Of a stretch of 64,000 bases of DNA, positions 38,077 through 49,119 are shown in pieces; within the stretch, counting starts at the first letter, position 1; each line of letters starts with the position of its first letter. A program made the position numbers and the translations under genes. The DNA comes from Dehalococcoidia bacterium (GTDB lineage: Bacteria > Chloroflexota > Dehalococcoidia > SM23-28-2 > RBG-16-64-32). The notes under the pieces were generated by a model that was not told the DNA's origin, searched no databases, and saw only the letters and a program-made list of their open reading frames with translations. Where the stretch lies: the NCBI GenBank assembly GCA_963667205.1, contig OY762959.1, positions 680,857 to 744,856 on the forward strand, given 5' to 3'.

Positions 38077-40533
38077 CTAGAGCACCGAGATCGGGTCGAC
38101 GTCGAGCGTCCAGCCGCGGGGGAGCGGTTCGTCGCGCAGGATGGCAGTCGGGTCGTCGCCTCGGACGACGATGTTCCAGCGCCAGCGACCGCGGATGCGC
38201 GGCACGTAAGCCGGCGACGGGCCAAGGACGTCGATGTTCGGGAGGCCGAGGCGGGCGCACTCTTTGCGCAGGCCGCGGGCCATTGTCGCCGCCTGCTCGC
38301 GGGAGTAGTCGGCGTTCGTGTGCGCGTAGGTGAGGCGCACGAGCCGCCCGAACGGCGGGTAGCCCAGGCGCCGGCGGTTCTCGATCTCCCGCGAGTAGAG
38401 CGCGTGGTAGTCGTGCGTTGACATCGCCTCGATCGCGTAGTGGTCCGGCGTGTAAGTCTGGACGACAACGCGACCGCCCTTCGGGCCGCGGCCGGCGCGC
38501 CCAGCGACTTGCTCCAGCAGCTGGAACGTGCGCTCGCCGGCGCGGAAGTCCGGCAGGTGGAGCGCGATGTCCGCCGAGATGACGCCGACGAGCGTGACGA
38601 GGGGGATGTCGAGCCCCTTGGCGATCATCTGCGTGCCGACGAGGATGTCCGCCTCGTGGGCGACGAAGCGGGAGAGGATCGCCTCGTGGGCGTCGCGGCC
38701 GCGCGTCACGTCGCTGTCCCAGCGCAGGGTCCGGGCGCCCGTGAACTCGCGCTGTGCCGCCGCCTCTACTTTCTCGGTGCCGATGCCGACCTGGCGCAGG
38801 CGGCTGCCGCCGCACTCGGGACAGGTGCCGGGCAGCGACGAGCGGCGGTGGCAGTAGTGGCAGACGAGGCGGTCGAGTGATTCGTGGTAGGTGAGTGCGA
38901 CGGCGCAGGAGCGGCACTCCGGCACGTGGCCACAGTCGCGGCACTGAACGAAGGACGCTGCGCCGCGACGGTTGAGGAAGAGCATCACCTGCTCACCGGC
39001 GTCGAGCGCGGTGCGGACTGAGCGCGCCAGCGTACGGCTGAAGATGCTGCGGTTGCCGGCCTTGAGCTCCTCCCGCAGGTCGACGACTTCGACCTGCGGC
39101 AGCGGCGCCGGCCTGACGACGCCGCCGTCCCGGATCAACCGCTGGGAGAGCTCGAGCAGGCGGTAGGCCTTCGCCGACGCGCGAAAGTGGCTCTCGACGT
39201 CGGGCGTCGCAGAGCCGAGGACGAGCGTAGCGCCGGTGCGCGCGCAGAGTTCCTCTGCCGCCTTGCGCGCGTGGTATCGCGGCGAGCCCTCCTGCTGCTT
39301 GTACGTCCACTCGTGCTCTTCATCGATGACGACGAGACCGAGATCAGGCTGCGGCGCGAAGAGCGCCCCTCGTGGGCCGATGACGATACGGTACTGCCCA
39401 TCGCGGACCGCGTGCCACATGTCGAAGTGCTCGCCGAGCGAGAGGTCGCTGTGCATCACGGCGACCTCGCCGGGGAAGCGCTCGCCGAAACGGCGCACGG
39501 TCTGCGGCGTGAGCGAGATCTCCGGCACGAGCACGATCGCGCGCTTGCCGAGGGCGGCGGCGTGCTCGATCGCGGCGAGGTAGACCTCCGTCTTGCCGCT
39601 GCCTGTGACGCCGTGAAGGAGGAAGGCGCTCCGAGCGTCCGGCCCTCGTGAGGCGTCCAGCGCGGCGATGATCTCGGCCGCCGCACGCCCCTGGTCCGCC
39701 GTCAGGTCAGCCGCGGGCTTGCGCTCGTACTCGCGGCCGGCCAGCGGGTCGCGCACGAGGGTAACGTCCTCTCTCGCGACGACGCCTTCGGCCTCGAAGT
39801 CGCGGAGGGTGGCCGGCGTCAGGCCGAGCGCGCGAGCCCGGCTCAGCGGCAGCGATCCTTCATCCGCCAGCGCGTCGAGGACGGTGGCCCGGCGGAGGGC
39901 TCGCTGGGAGCCGTCGTTTCGAAGCGCGGCTGAGCGGCTTCGGACTTCGTCCGGAGCGAGGAGCAGCATCAGGTGCGCGACGACGCGCGGCTGCACGACG
40001 GGGCGCGCCAGCCGATACGTCCGCGCCACCAGACCACGCCGGACGAGCGAGGCGATCGCGCGGGCGGCGCCGCGCACGTCCTTGAGCGAGCGCTTGAACT
40101 CCTCCGACTCGGCCTCCTCGCGCTCGCGGAGCGCGTCGAGGACGGCTCGCTCGGCTTCGGTGAGGTCGCTGGGGGCTTCGCCGGCCCAGCAGGCGAGGCG
40201 CAAGAGCGTCTGCGGCCGGCGCTTGAAGCCGGGCGGCAGCATGAGGGAGACGCAGTCGAAGAGCGGGGCGCGGTAGTAGTCGCTGAGCCAGGAGGCGAGC
40301 GATATGCGCTCCGGCGTGACGAGGGGGCGCTCGTCGATCACGCCCTCGATGTCGCGGGCGTCCTGGTAACGAGGCTCAGAGGTGACCTCGACGACGACGC
40401 CCTGCAGCGTGCGCGCGCCAAACGGAACGTAGACGGCCTGGCCGGGGGCGACGCTCAGGCCGTCCGGGACGCGATAGGTGAATGTCTGGCGGATGGGCGC
40501 GGCGGCGTTGACGGCGACTTCGGCGTAAGGCAT
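38077..40533 (-). CDS. priA: Primosomal protein N' (PriA helicase)
   Basis: 818 aa. Walker A GVTGSGKTEVY, DEEH box, Zn-finger Cys cluster (CRDCGHVPECRSCAVALTYH..CHYC..CPECG). Confidence 0.9.
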   Translation of the reverse strand: MPYAEVAVNAAAPIRQTFTYRVPDGLSVAPGQAVYVPFGARTLQGVVVEVTSEPRYQDARDIEGVIDERPLVTPERISLASWLSDYYRAPLFDCVSLMLPPGFKRRPQTLLRLACWAGEAPSDLTEAERAVLDALREREEAESEEFKRSLKDVRGAARAIASLVRRGLVARTYRLARPVVQPRVVAHLMLLLAPDEVRSRSAALRNDGSQRALRRATVLDALADEGSLPLSRARALGLTPATLRDFEAEGVVAREDVTLVRDPLAGREYERKPAADLTADQGRAAAEIIAALDASRGPDARSAFLLHGVTGSGKTEVYLAAIEHAAALGKRAIVLVPEISLTPQTVRRFGERFPGEVAVMHSDLSLGEHFDMWHAVRDGQYRIVIGPRGALFAPQPDLGLVVIDEEHEWTYKQQEGSPRYHARKAAEELCARTGATLVLGSATPDVESHFRASAKAYRLLELSQRLIRDGGVVRPAPLPQVEVVDLREELKAGNRSIFSRTLARSVRTALDAGEQVMLFLNRRGAASFVQCRDCGHVPECRSCAVALTYHESLDRLVCHYCHRRSSLPGTCPECGGSRLRQVGIGTEKVEAAAQREFTGARTLRWDSDVTRGRDAHEAILSRFVAHEADILVGTQMIAKGLDIPLVTLVGVISADIALHLPDFRAGERTFQLLEQVAGRAGRGPKGGRVVVQTYTPDHYAIEAMSTHDYHALYSREIENRRRLGYPPFGRLVRLTYAHTNADYSREQAATMARGLRKECARLGLPNIDVLGPSPAYVPRIRGRWRWNIVVRGDDPTAILRDEPLPRGWTLDVDPISVL

Positions 40534-40566
40534 CGCCTCAAGTATAGGAAGGGCGGGCGGAAGCTC

Positions 40567-41070
40567 CTAGCGCGGCGCTGCCAAAGAAAAAGCCCGCCGT
40601 GGCGGGCGAGCTGCCGGGGCGCGCGCTGCGCTTACTTCCGGTTCTTCGGTCGCCTCGACGAGCTCCTTCTCTTCCTGCTCGGTCATCTGAGCGCCAGCGG
40701 CCAGCTCGGCAGCCAGCTTCTCGAAGCGCTCGCGAGACCCGGCGCGGATGCGCGCGGCCTTGCCGACGCGGTCGCGGAGGTAGTAGAGGCGGGCGCGGCG
40801 CACGCGGCCGACCTTGGTCACCTCGACCTTAGCGATCAGCGGTGAGTGGTAGGGGAAGACGCGTTCGACGCCGATGCCGTGGCTGACGCGGCGCACCGTG
40901 AAGCTGGAGTTGATACCGCCGCCCTTCTTCCGTATGACGACGCCTTCGAACACCTGGATGCGCTCTCGCTCGCCCTCGACGACCTTGGCGTGAACACGTA
41001 CGGTATCGCCCGAGCGGAAGCTTGGAATATTGCGATTAGGCTTGATTTCTACGTATGCGTTGGCGTCCAT
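40567..41070 (-). CDS. rplS: 50S ribosomal protein L19 (about 50-aa acidic/Ala-rich C-terminal tail)
   Basis: ..[67 protein letters not shown].. Confidence 0.9.
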   Translation of the reverse strand: MDANAYVEIKPNRNIPSFRSGDTVRVHAKVVEGERERIQVFEGVVIRKKGGGINSSFTVRRVSHGIGVERVFPYHSPLIAKVEVTKVGRVRRARLYYLRDRVGKAARIRAGSRERFEKLAAELAAGAQMTEQEEKELVEATEEPEVSAARAPAARPPRRAFSLAAPR

Positions 41071-41135
41071 GGCAGCATTAGCCAGTCTACCGGCGGGCCC
41101 TACTTAGGGCAACCTGAGCCTACGGGGCGTGGGCG

Positions 41136-42615
41136 CTACTCAGGAACGAGTTCGCCCGCTCCTGGGCAGTCATCGGTCTCGGGATAAGCAAGGCCGCCGC
41201 TGAACTCCAGGATGAGCAGGACGTCATGGCCGCCGACGCTCCCATCGCAATCCCAGTCGCCGCCCGTCCAGTCGCCCCACTGCTGCCCCAGTTGCGGACA
41301 GTTGGGGAACGGATCGACCTGGACGTCGGCCAGCTGGAGCAGGGTGATCAGCGCGTCGTGGCTGTCCGGCGGGCCGCCGCCACAGTCCGCGTCTGCCCAG
41401 CGCAGGCCATCGCAGTCGTCGCCGTTGCCGTCGTTGTCGGAGTCAGCCTGGTCCGGGTTAGCGTCATCCGGGCAGTTATCGAGGGAAAGGACGGAGTTGG
41501 GGAGAAAGACGCCGCTGATGCTCTCGTCGAAGAGGAGCGGGTCGCCAAGGCCCGCGAACTCGACGCCTGCGCCGGGCGGGACGAACAGGAGGTTCTTCGC
41601 ATCGAGTTCAGTCGTGGCGTTGGCGAAGAACGCCCCGGTCAGTGGGTTGTATTGCGTGATCGCGTTGTTGGTGCGCGTGTTCCACGTCCACGGGCCCGAA
41701 GTCTCCGTGCCGCCGAGGAGGGGGAACGGATCGCCCTGGCCGATCGACCACGAGTAGTCGCTGATGATGGTGGAGGCGGTCCCGTCACTCATCACGTAAG
41801 ACATGTAGCCGCCGCTCAACGTCGACTGGACGACGGATCCGCCGAGCTCCGAAGGCAGGTTGACGTTGACGAAGCTGAACGGGTTGAACGTGCCGCTGAA
41901 CTGGGCCCACGTCCGGTTGTACGAGCGCTCGACGATCGCGTCTGCGAACCCGGACTTTTGGAATTCGACGGTGAAGTCGGAGACGTTGTTGAGGGTGATG
42001 TCCTGCACGCCGCCGGCCTGCGTGCGCAGGCGCAGGTCGTTCTGGCCGTCGGCGAGCACGCCGGTGCCTGCCAAGTTGAGCAGGCCCTGAACGACGACGA
42101 TGCTGGGGATGCCGTCGTCGTCCGGGTCGGAGAGGTGCGGCGGCGGGTCGAACACGCAGTAGGTGGTGATCTCGGTCGTCAGGCCGCCCGGGAGCTCACC
42201 GTTGGGGCCGACGACGTATGTACCGATGATGCCCCTGGGGAAGAAGCCGAACTCATCGTAGGAGTTGACCTTGCCGCTGAATTCGACGAACGTGCTCGTC
42301 CCATCGTAGTTGCCGAAGCCGACTCCGTTTAGCGAGCCGTCCGCCTGGGCCGTGCCGCCGACGTTGATCGGATTGACGCCCTGGAGAGTGAATGCGGGCT
42401 GCTGGTCAAGCGGACCGGAGGGTGAAGTTGAGGTTGTCGAATGCCCCCCAATCGTTGTCGTGGCCGCCCTCGTTCGCAGTCTGGGCGAACAGGGCGCCAC
42501 AATTGGCATCGACGTCAGCCGCGGCGGCCGGCCTGACCGGCGATGACAGCGCGACGAGAATGAACACGGAGACCGTGAGTGTAGGCAGCCAGCGTAGCAT
42601 CCAGAATCTCCCCAA
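41136..42615 (-). CDS. Secreted protein with thrombospondin-type-3-like Asp-rich Ca-binding repeats and C-terminal Cys-dockerin-like module; frameshift near 42415
   Basis: Signal peptide MLRWLPTLTVSVFILVALSSPVRPAAAA is in ORF 42406..42615. The body (..FTLQGVNPINVGG...DDANPDQADSDNDGNGDDCD...) is in ORF 41136..42743. Inserted between trmD and rplS. Confidence 0.6.
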
Positions 42616-42693
42616 TCCGCCGGCTGAATGGCGCTACCGGCGTATGCGGAGTCTACGGGGCACAACGACGGCCCGTCAACGTTGCGGACAGGC

Positions 42694-43431
42694 TCAGAAC
42701 CCCTCGCCGAGCTGCTCGGAGAGCCACTCCTTCTCTTCATCACTTAAGGAGAGGCGCTCCAAGAGGTCCGGCCGGCGCTGTGCGGTGAGCAGCAGGTTTT
42801 GCCGGCGGCGCCACTTTTCCACCTCAGCGTGGTGGCCGGAGAGCAAGACGTCCGGCACCTGCCAGCCGCGGAACTGAGGCGGCCGCGTGTAGTGAGGCGC
42901 CTCCAGGAGTCCGTCGGCGAACGACTCCTCCTCGACGGAATCAGGCGAGCCGAGCGCACCCGGCACCTGGCGGACGACGGCGTCTACGAGCACCATCGCC
43001 GGCAGCTCGCCGCCGGAGAGCACGTAGTCGCCGATGCTGACCTCGTGGGTTGCGAGGTGCTCGTGGACGCGGGCGTCGAACCCTTCGTAGTGACCGCTGA
43101 GGACGATCAGCCGCTCAGCCGCCGCCAGCTCCAGCGCCAGGTCGTGGCCGAAAGGGCGGCCGGCCGGCGTCATGAGGACGATGGGGCCGCGCGCGGGCGC
43201 CATCTCCAGCACCGCTTCGGTCGCAGTAAAGACTGGTTCCGGCTTCATCACCATGCCGGGGCCGCCGCCGTAGACGTAGTCGTCGGCGACCTGGTGCTTG
43301 CCCTCCGCCCAGTCGCGGATGTTGTGGAGGTTAATCGAGACGAGCCCGGCGTCGATCGCGCGCTTGATAATGGATTCGTCGAACGGCCCGCGGAACATGC
43401 CGGGGAAGAGCGTCAGGATGTCGATGCGCAT
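42694..43431 (-). CDS. trmD: tRNA (guanine37-N1)-methyltransferase
   Basis: MRIDILTLFPGMF...VYGGGPGMV..; 245 aa. Confidence 0.95.
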   Translation of the reverse strand: MRIDILTLFPGMFRGPFDESIIKRAIDAGLVSINLHNIRDWAEGKHQVADDYVYGGGPGMVMKPEPVFTATEAVLEMAPARGPIVLMTPAGRPFGHDLALELAAAERLIVLSGHYEGFDARVHEHLATHEVSIGDYVLSGGELPAMVLVDAVVRQVPGALGSPDSVEEESFADGLLEAPHYTRPPQFRGWQVPDVLLSGHHAEVEKWRRRQNLLLTAQRRPDLLERLSLSDEEKEWLSEQLGEGF

Positions 43432-43469
43432 ATCGTTACGGTGTTCTCCCCATCTCGCCTCACATCCGC

Positions 43470-43961
43470 CTAGCGTGGGTGCGGCGAGTCCTCGCCCGTG
43501 ATCAGTTCGATCGCGTGCTCAAGCACGGGGAGCACGGCTGAGAGGTTCTCCGCCACGCCTTTCGGGCTGCCCGGCAGGTTCACGATCAGCGTCTTGCCCC
43601 TCACGCCGGCGATGGCGCGGCTGATCATCGACATCGGCGTATGCTTGAGCCCCTCGGCGCGCATCGCCTCGGCGATGCCGGGCACTTCGTAGTCGATGAC
43701 TTCGAGCGTGGCCTGCGGCGTGACGTCGCGCGGCCCGAGGCCGGTGCCGCCCGTAGTGACGATCAGCTGCACGGACCCGCCGTCCGCCCAGCGCCGCAGG
43801 TGCTCGGAGATGCGCTCAACGTCGTCAGGTATGACTTCGTAGCGGGCGATCTCGGCGCCGATCGTGGCGAGGAGGTCCTTGATAACGGATCCGGAGGTGT
43901 CTTCGCGTTCGCCACGCGCGCCCTGGTCAGACGTGGTGAGGACGGCGGCGGCGATAGGCAT
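43470..43961 (-). CDS. mog: Molybdenum cofactor biosynthesis protein MogA/MoaB
   Basis: ..LIVTTGGTGLGPRDVTPQA.. (GGTG motif), 163 aa. Confidence 0.8.
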   Translation of the reverse strand: MPIAAAVLTTSDQGARGEREDTSGSVIKDLLATIGAEIARYEVIPDDVERISEHLRRWADGGSVQLIVTTGGTGLGPRDVTPQATLEVIDYEVPGIAEAMRAEGLKHTPMSMISRAIAGVRGKTLIVNLPGSPKGVAENLSAVLPVLEHAIELITGEDSPHPR

Positions 43962-44179
43962 GACAGACGCTCGTTGTGGATAACCGGCGATTTATTGTAT
44001 ACGCCCTTGACACGTTGGGGTCTGGTGGTATGCTTTCCCACGAAGTGGGGAGAAGTGGGGGCTTCGTCCCACTGCTATTCGGTTGAGCCGTGGCACGGGC
44101 GCCAGCACCCGCCCGTGGCCGAGCCGATTTTAGCACAGGCGCCCTCAGGGATTCTGAAGAAGGTAGGTGGACCCGTTCG

Positions 44180-44605
44180 ATGGCCTTCCTGGGCAACTAC
44201 GAGCACACTCTGGACGACAGAGGCCGGGTGGCGATCCCGGCCAAGTACCGCGCGGACTTTCCCGGGCGGCAAGCTGTGATCATCCCCCTCCCGGAAGGCT
44301 GCCTGCAGGTGTACCCCGAACCGGCCTTCAGGGAGATGCTACAGGACGTCAGGTCCAAGCCCGTCACCGACCTCGCTGGACGCCGGCTGCGGCGCCAGTT
44401 CGAGGGTCAATCATTCGAAGCCGAGCTCGACCGCCAGGGTCGCATCCTTATTCCGGCGCGTTCCCGCGAGCAGATCGGCCTCAACGGCGCCGTGATCATC
44501 GTCGGCACCGGCGAGTGCCTAGAGATCTGGACGCCGGAAGGCTGGGATAAGGAAGTGGAAGAATCGAAGAAGGTCCCGTCCACGGGACAGGAGCGAGTGG
44601 ACTAG
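44180..44605 (+). CDS. mraZ: Transcriptional regulator MraZ
   Basis: ATG at 44180 ([24 protein letters not shown]..) with RBS GAAGAAGGTAGGTGG. Two MraZ/SpoVT-AbrB repeats. Confidence 0.9.
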   Translation: MAFLGNYEHTLDDRGRVAIPAKYRADFPGRQAVIIPLPEGCLQVYPEPAFREMLQDVRSKPVTDLAGRRLRRQFEGQSFEAELDRQGRILIPARSREQIGLNGAVIIVGTGECLEIWTPEGWDKEVEESKKVPSTGQERVD

Positions 44606-44609
44606 GCAG

Positions 44610-45563
44610 GTGGTTGCAATCTCCCCCCGAAAACATGCTGCCGTCCACTCTCCCGTCCTGACGGACGAGGTCATCGAGCACCTGGCGGTCGAGCGCGGCG
44701 GACGCTACGTCGACTGCACGCTCGGGGCGGGTGGTCACGCTCGCCTGATCCTGCAAGCCGGCGCGCCCGGCGCCATGTTGCTGGGCATCGACGCCGACCC
44801 GCACGCCGTTGAGCTAGCCGGCGACAACCTGAAGGGCTTCGATGGCGACGTCCACCTGATCAACGCCAACTTCCGCGATCTCGCGCAGACCGCGCGTGAG
44901 CTCACGTTCGTGCCGGTGCGCGGCGTGCTCTTCGACCTCGGCATCTCGTCGCTGCAGCTGGCGGAGGACGGCCGCGGCTTCAGCTTTCAGACGGAGGCGG
45001 CGCTGGACATGCGCTTCAGCCCGGCGCAAGATCTGACGGCGGCCGACATCGTCAACGGCTACGATGAGTCCGACATCGCGAACCTGATCTGGGAATACGG
45101 CGAGGAGCGGTTTAGCCGCCGCATCGCCAAGGCCATCGTGCGCTCGCGGCCGCTGCAAACGACGACGGCGCTGGCGTCCCTCGTGGAGAAGGCAGTGCCG
45201 GGACGCGGCAAGATCCATCCGGCGACGCGCACGTTTCAGGCGCTGCGCATCGCCGTCAACGACGAGCTGCGATCGCTTGAATCAGCGCTCGAGCAGGCGC
45301 GGGACATCCTCGGACCGGGCGGTCGAATGGTCGTGATCTCGTTCCACAGCCTGGAGGACCGCATCGTCAAGCAGTTCTTGCAGCGCGAGTCTCGCGACTG
45401 TGTCTGCCCGCCGGAGACTCCGCAGTGCGTCTGCGGCCACGTGGCAACCCTGCGCGTCATTACGCGGCGGCCACTAACGCCGACACCCGAAGAACAGAAA
45501 AGGAACCCGCGCAGCCGCAGCGCCAAGCTGCGAGCCGCCGAACGCCTCGGAGAGGGCGACTGA
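44610..45563 (+). CDS. rsmH: 16S rRNA (cytosine1402-N4)-methyltransferase RsmH
   Basis: GTG start. ..[12 protein letters not shown].. SAM motif, ..[12 protein letters not shown]... Confidence 0.9.
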   Translation: MVAISPRKHAAVHSPVLTDEVIEHLAVERGGRYVDCTLGAGGHARLILQAGAPGAMLLGIDADPHAVELAGDNLKGFDGDVHLINANFRDLAQTARELTFVPVRGVLFDLGISSLQLAEDGRGFSFQTEAALDMRFSPAQDLTAADIVNGYDESDIANLIWEYGEERFSRRIAKAIVRSRPLQTTTALASLVEKAVPGRGKIHPATRTFQALRIAVNDELRSLESALEQARDILGPGGRMVVISFHSLEDRIVKQFLQRESRDCVCPPETPQCVCGHVATLRVITRRPLTPTPEEQKRNPRSRSAKLRAAERLGEGD

Positions 45564-45988
45564 TGGCCGCCGGCCGGCACGGCAGCCGCGCGATCCCGGA
45601 GACGCTTCAGGCCACCAACATTCCTGTGATCCTGATCATGGTGGCGCTGATCGTCGGCGTCGCGGCGCTGCTGCCGCTCGTGCAGACGAGCCTGGCGACG
45701 TCCACCGGAGGCAACGTCTCGCGCCTGGAGGATCTGCGCGAAGACTGGCAAGCGCGCCTGCACGAGCAGGAGGTGAGCGTGGCCGAACTGGGGAGCCTCG
45801 ATCGCATCGAGCGCGAGGCAAAGTCGCGGCTGAAGATGGTTGTGCCGGACTCCGTGACGTACCTGACCGTCGACGCGCCGCCACCGGCGCCGCTCAGGCT
45901 GCCGAGCCGCTTTCTGCCTGACAAGAAAGAATCCGTTGAGAGTGGATCGCTTTGGGAGGACCTCTTCGGCTGGATACCCCTGCCGTGA
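45563..45988 (+). CDS. ftsL: Cell division protein FtsL-like (single TM plus coiled coil)
   Basis: ATG overlaps the rsmH TGA (TGATGG). One TM (IPVILIMVALIVGVAALLPLV) followed by a coiled region. Conserved dcw position. Confidence 0.6.
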   Translation: MAAGRHGSRAIPETLQATNIPVILIMVALIVGVAALLPLVQTSLATSTGGNVSRLEDLREDWQARLHEQEVSVAELGSLDRIEREAKSRLKMVVPDSVTYLTVDAPPPAPLRLPSRFLPDKKESVESGSLWEDLFGWIPLP

Positions 45989-45997
45989 GGATGAGCG

Positions 45998-47743
45998 ATG
46001 GGCCAGCGAAGATTCACTGAAGTCTGGCGCGTCTGGGCGGTTGTGGCCGCGATCGTCCTCGCCACGGTCGTCGTTACACTGCGCCTCGTCCAGCTGCAGA
46101 TCGTCGACCACGCGCAGTACGCCGCCGACGCGCGCCTGATCCACTACGGCCAGGACACGCTGGCGGTCCGCCGCGGCGCGCTTCTTGACCGCAGCGGCTA
46201 CCCGCTGGCGGCCAGTGAAGCCGCCTTCAACGTCATGGTGGAGCAGCGCGCCTGGGAGGACCCCGCCGCAGCCCAGACCGCCGCAGACTCGCTGGCGCAG
46301 ATCACCGACGCTTCCGCCGCCGAGATGCTCGCCATCGTCCGCGATACGGAGGCGTTCGAGATTCCGGTGGCGCGCGGCCTGAACTACGGGCAGGGAGTGG
46401 CCGTGCGCGAGCTCGGCCTGACCGGCGTGCGCCTGCTGGAGAGCAGCCGTCGCACGTACCCGGAGGGCAACCTGGCGGCCCAGCTCCTGGGCTTCGTCGG
46501 GCAGGAGAACAGCGGCCTCACAGGACTGGAGATCGACCTCGACTCGATCCTCGGCGGGAACCCTGGTCAGGTGACGTACGAACGGGACGGAATCGGCAAC
46601 CAGCTGGCGTTCGGCGACCGCTCGGAGACACCACCTCAGCCCGGCGCCAACGTTGTCCTCAGCATCGACCGCTACATCCAGCGCCTGGCCGAACAAGAGC
46701 TCGACCGGGCGATCGGCGACAACGGCGCGGCCGGTGGCACGATCATCGTCGTGCAGCCGGAGACAGGCCAGGTCCTGGCGATGGCGAGCCGTCCGACGTT
46801 TGACGTCACCAAGCCGGACCTGAGCGACGATTCGAAGCAAGCGCTGTTCCGCAACCGCGCGATCACGGACACGTACGAACCCGGCTCCGTCTTCAAGCTA
46901 ATGACGACGGCGGCAGCGCTGGACCTGGGCCTCGTCTCGCCGGGGACGTGGTGGTACGACACAGGCGTCGTCCAGGTCAGCGAGTGGAGCATCTTCAACT
47001 GGGACCACTCCGCCAACGGCGATCAGACTGTGCAGGACATCCTCACGAAGAGCCTGAACACGGGCGCGGCCTGGCTGGCCAGCCTCTGCGGCGCCGGCAG
47101 CTTCTACGACTATGTCGAGCGCTTTGGCTTCGGCGTGACGTCGGATAGCGGGCTCTCAGGCGAGGCCGACGGCAACGTCCGAACGCCGGAGAGCGACCCG
47201 ACGGGCTGGCGGCCGGTGGACATGGCGACGAACAGCTACGGCGAGGGCATCGCCGTGACGCCACTGCAGATGGCGATGGCCGTGGCGGCGATCGCCAACG
47301 ACGGCGTGCTGATGAAGCCGCAGCTGGTGAAAGAGATCGTCGGCCCGCTGGGGACGCAGGTCGTGGAGCCGGAGGCCGTGCGGCAGGTGATGAAGCCGGA
47401 ATCGGCGCGAACCCTGCTCGACATGATGGGCGTTGTGGTAGACGGAGTATCCACCGCCTACCTCGACGTGCCCGGCTACACCTACGGCGGCAAGACCGGC
47501 ACGGCGAACATCGCCACCGTGAACGGAGGCTACAAGCCTAATGCGTACATATCGTCATTCGTCGGCGTCGCGCCGCTGGACGACCCGCAGATCGCGGTGC
47601 TGGTAAAGATCGAGGGGCCGGCGAACGTGCCCTGGGGAACGGTCGTCGCCGGCCCCGCGTTCAGCCGCCTCACCGAGCAGGCGCTCGCTTACCTGAAGGT
47701 GCCGCCGACGCAGGAAGTGCTCGTCGCGAGCCTGCAGGACTAG
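45998..47743 (+). CDS. ftsI: Peptidoglycan D,D-transpeptidase FtsI (class B PBP)
   Basis: N-terminal TM, dimerisation domain, transpeptidase motifs SVFK, SLN, KTGTA. Confidence 0.9.
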   Translation: MGQRRFTEVWRVWAVVAAIVLATVVVTLRLVQLQIVDHAQYAADARLIHYGQDTLAVRRGALLDRSGYPLAASEAAFNVMVEQRAWEDPAAAQTAADSLAQITDASAAEMLAIVRDTEAFEIPVARGLNYGQGVAVRELGLTGVRLLESSRRTYPEGNLAAQLLGFVGQENSGLTGLEIDLDSILGGNPGQVTYERDGIGNQLAFGDRSETPPQPGANVVLSIDRYIQRLAEQELDRAIGDNGAAGGTIIVVQPETGQVLAMASRPTFDVTKPDLSDDSKQALFRNRAITDTYEPGSVFKLMTTAAALDLGLVSPGTWWYDTGVVQVSEWSIFNWDHSANGDQTVQDILTKSLNTGAAWLASLCGAGSFYDYVERFGFGVTSDSGLSGEADGNVRTPESDPTGWRPVDMATNSYGEGIAVTPLQMAMAVAAIANDGVLMKPQLVKEIVGPLGTQVVEPEAVRQVMKPESARTLLDMMGVVVDGVSTAYLDVPGYTYGGKTGTANIATVNGGYKPNAYISSFVGVAPLDDPQIAVLVKIEGPANVPWGTVVAGPAFSRLTEQALAYLKVPPTQEVLVASLQD

Positions 47744-47745
47744 CC

Positions 47746-49119
47746 ATGCTCACCGTCAACGACATCCTCGAAGGCACCGCCGGAACGCTCGTCGCCGCAC
47801 GCGCGCCTGAAGGGGCGACGTTCCGACGCGGCGTCATAGACTCGCGAAAAGCGAAGGAGGGCGACCTCTTCTTCGCCTTACGGGGCGAGCACCACGACGC
47901 GCACGACTTCGTCCCGGAAGCGTTCCAGGCCGGCGCCGCCGGCGCAGTCGTCGCGCGGCCGGTGGAGGCGGGTGAGCAAGCCGTCTTCCACGTCAGCGAC
48001 CCGCTGGGCGCGCTGCAACGGCTGGCCGCCTTCTGGCGCCGCCGCCACGACGTCCGGGTCGTGGGTGTGACGGGCAGCGTGGGCAAGACGACCTGCAAGG
48101 AGCTGACGGCGGTGGTGCTCTCAAGCCGCTACCGGACGCTCAAGAGCGAGGCCAACATCAACACAGAGATCGGGATACCGCTTACGCTGCTCCAGCTGAC
48201 GAAAGAGCACGAGCGGGCCGTCCTTGAGCTCGGCATGTACGTGCCCGGCGACATCGAGTTGCTGGCGGAGATCGCCGCGCCCAACGTGGGCGTCGTTATG
48301 AACGTGAGGCCGGTGCACATGGAGCGCGCCGGCTCGATCGGCGCGATCGCGGCCGCGAAGGCGGAGCTGGTGGAGGCGCTGCCAAAGGACGGCCTGGCGG
48401 TGCTCAACGGCGACGACCCGCGCGTGACCGTGATGGCGCGCTGGACCCGCGCCGGCACCTCGCTCTTCGGTCTCGGAGAGCAGTGCGACGTCCGCGGCAC
48501 AGACATCGAGACGCGCGGATTGGACGGCATCAGCTTCACGATCGTGCACAAAGGCAAGAGCGTGCGCGCCGAGTGCCTGCTGCCCGGGCGTCACCACGTC
48601 TACCCGGCGCTGGCCGCGACCGCAGTCGCGCTCGGTGACGGCATGACGCTTAAGGAGATCGCGGCGGCTCTCGCGGAGGCGCGCGTCGACCTGCGACTGA
48701 CCGTGCGCCCGGGCATCAACGGCAGCACGATCATCGACGACAGCTACAACGCGAGCCCGGACTCGATGACCGCAGCGCTCGACCTGCTCTCGGAGCTGCC
48801 GGGGCGGCGCATCGCCGTGCTCGGTCATATGCGCGAGCTGGGCGCCGCCGAGGAGGACGGGCACCGCCGCGTCGGCCGACACACGAAAGGCCGCTGCGAC
48901 GCCCTCTACGTCGTCGGCGATGAGGCACGAGTGATCGCCGAAGAGGCCGGCGTCGCCGGGCAGGACGCCACGCAGTTCGAATCAGCGGACAAGGCGGCCA
49001 GGGCGCTGCGCGACGAGCTGCGCGAGGGAGACCACGTGCTGGTCAAGGCCTCGCGCGCGGTCGGCCTGGAGAGCCTGGTTGACGCGCTCACCGGCAAGCC
49101 TGACGGAACCTCTGGATGA
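47746..49119 (+). CDS. murF: UDP-MurNAc-tripeptide--D-Ala-D-Ala ligase MurF
   Basis: N-terminal ..IDSRKAKEGDLFFALRGEHHDAHDF.. is MurF-type. P-loop GVTGSVGKTT. No murE is present in this cluster. Confidence 0.85.
   Translation: MLTVNDILEGTAGTLVAARAPEGATFRRGVIDSRKAKEGDLFFALRGEHHDAHDFVPEAFQAGAAGAVVARPVEAGEQAVFHVSDPLGALQRLAAFWRRRHDVRVVGVTGSVGKTTCKELTAVVLSSRYRTLKSEANINTEIGIPLTLLQLTKEHERAVLELGMYVPGDIELLAEIAAPNVGVVMNVRPVHMERAGSIGAIAAAKAELVEALPKDGLAVLNGDDPRVTVMARWTRAGTSLFGLGEQCDVRGTDIETRGLDGISFTIVHKGKSVRAECLLPGRHHVYPALAATAVALGDGMTLKEIAAALAEARVDLRLTVRPGINGSTIIDDSYNASPDSMTAALDLLSELPGRRIAVLGHMRELGAAEEDGHRRVGRHTKGRCDALYVVGDEARVIAEEAGVAGQDATQFESADKAARALRDELREGDHVLVKASRAVGLESLVDALTGKPDGTSG

Noticed and set aside
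38069-40845. Several 100-290-aa ORFs on both strands (38069..38944, 38440..38880, 39668..40276, 39973..40845 etc.)
   Set aside because: All are alternate frames or antisense of the 818-aa priA ORF.
45236-46840. 534-aa minus-strand ORF
   Set aside because: Antisense to rsmH, ftsL and ftsI.
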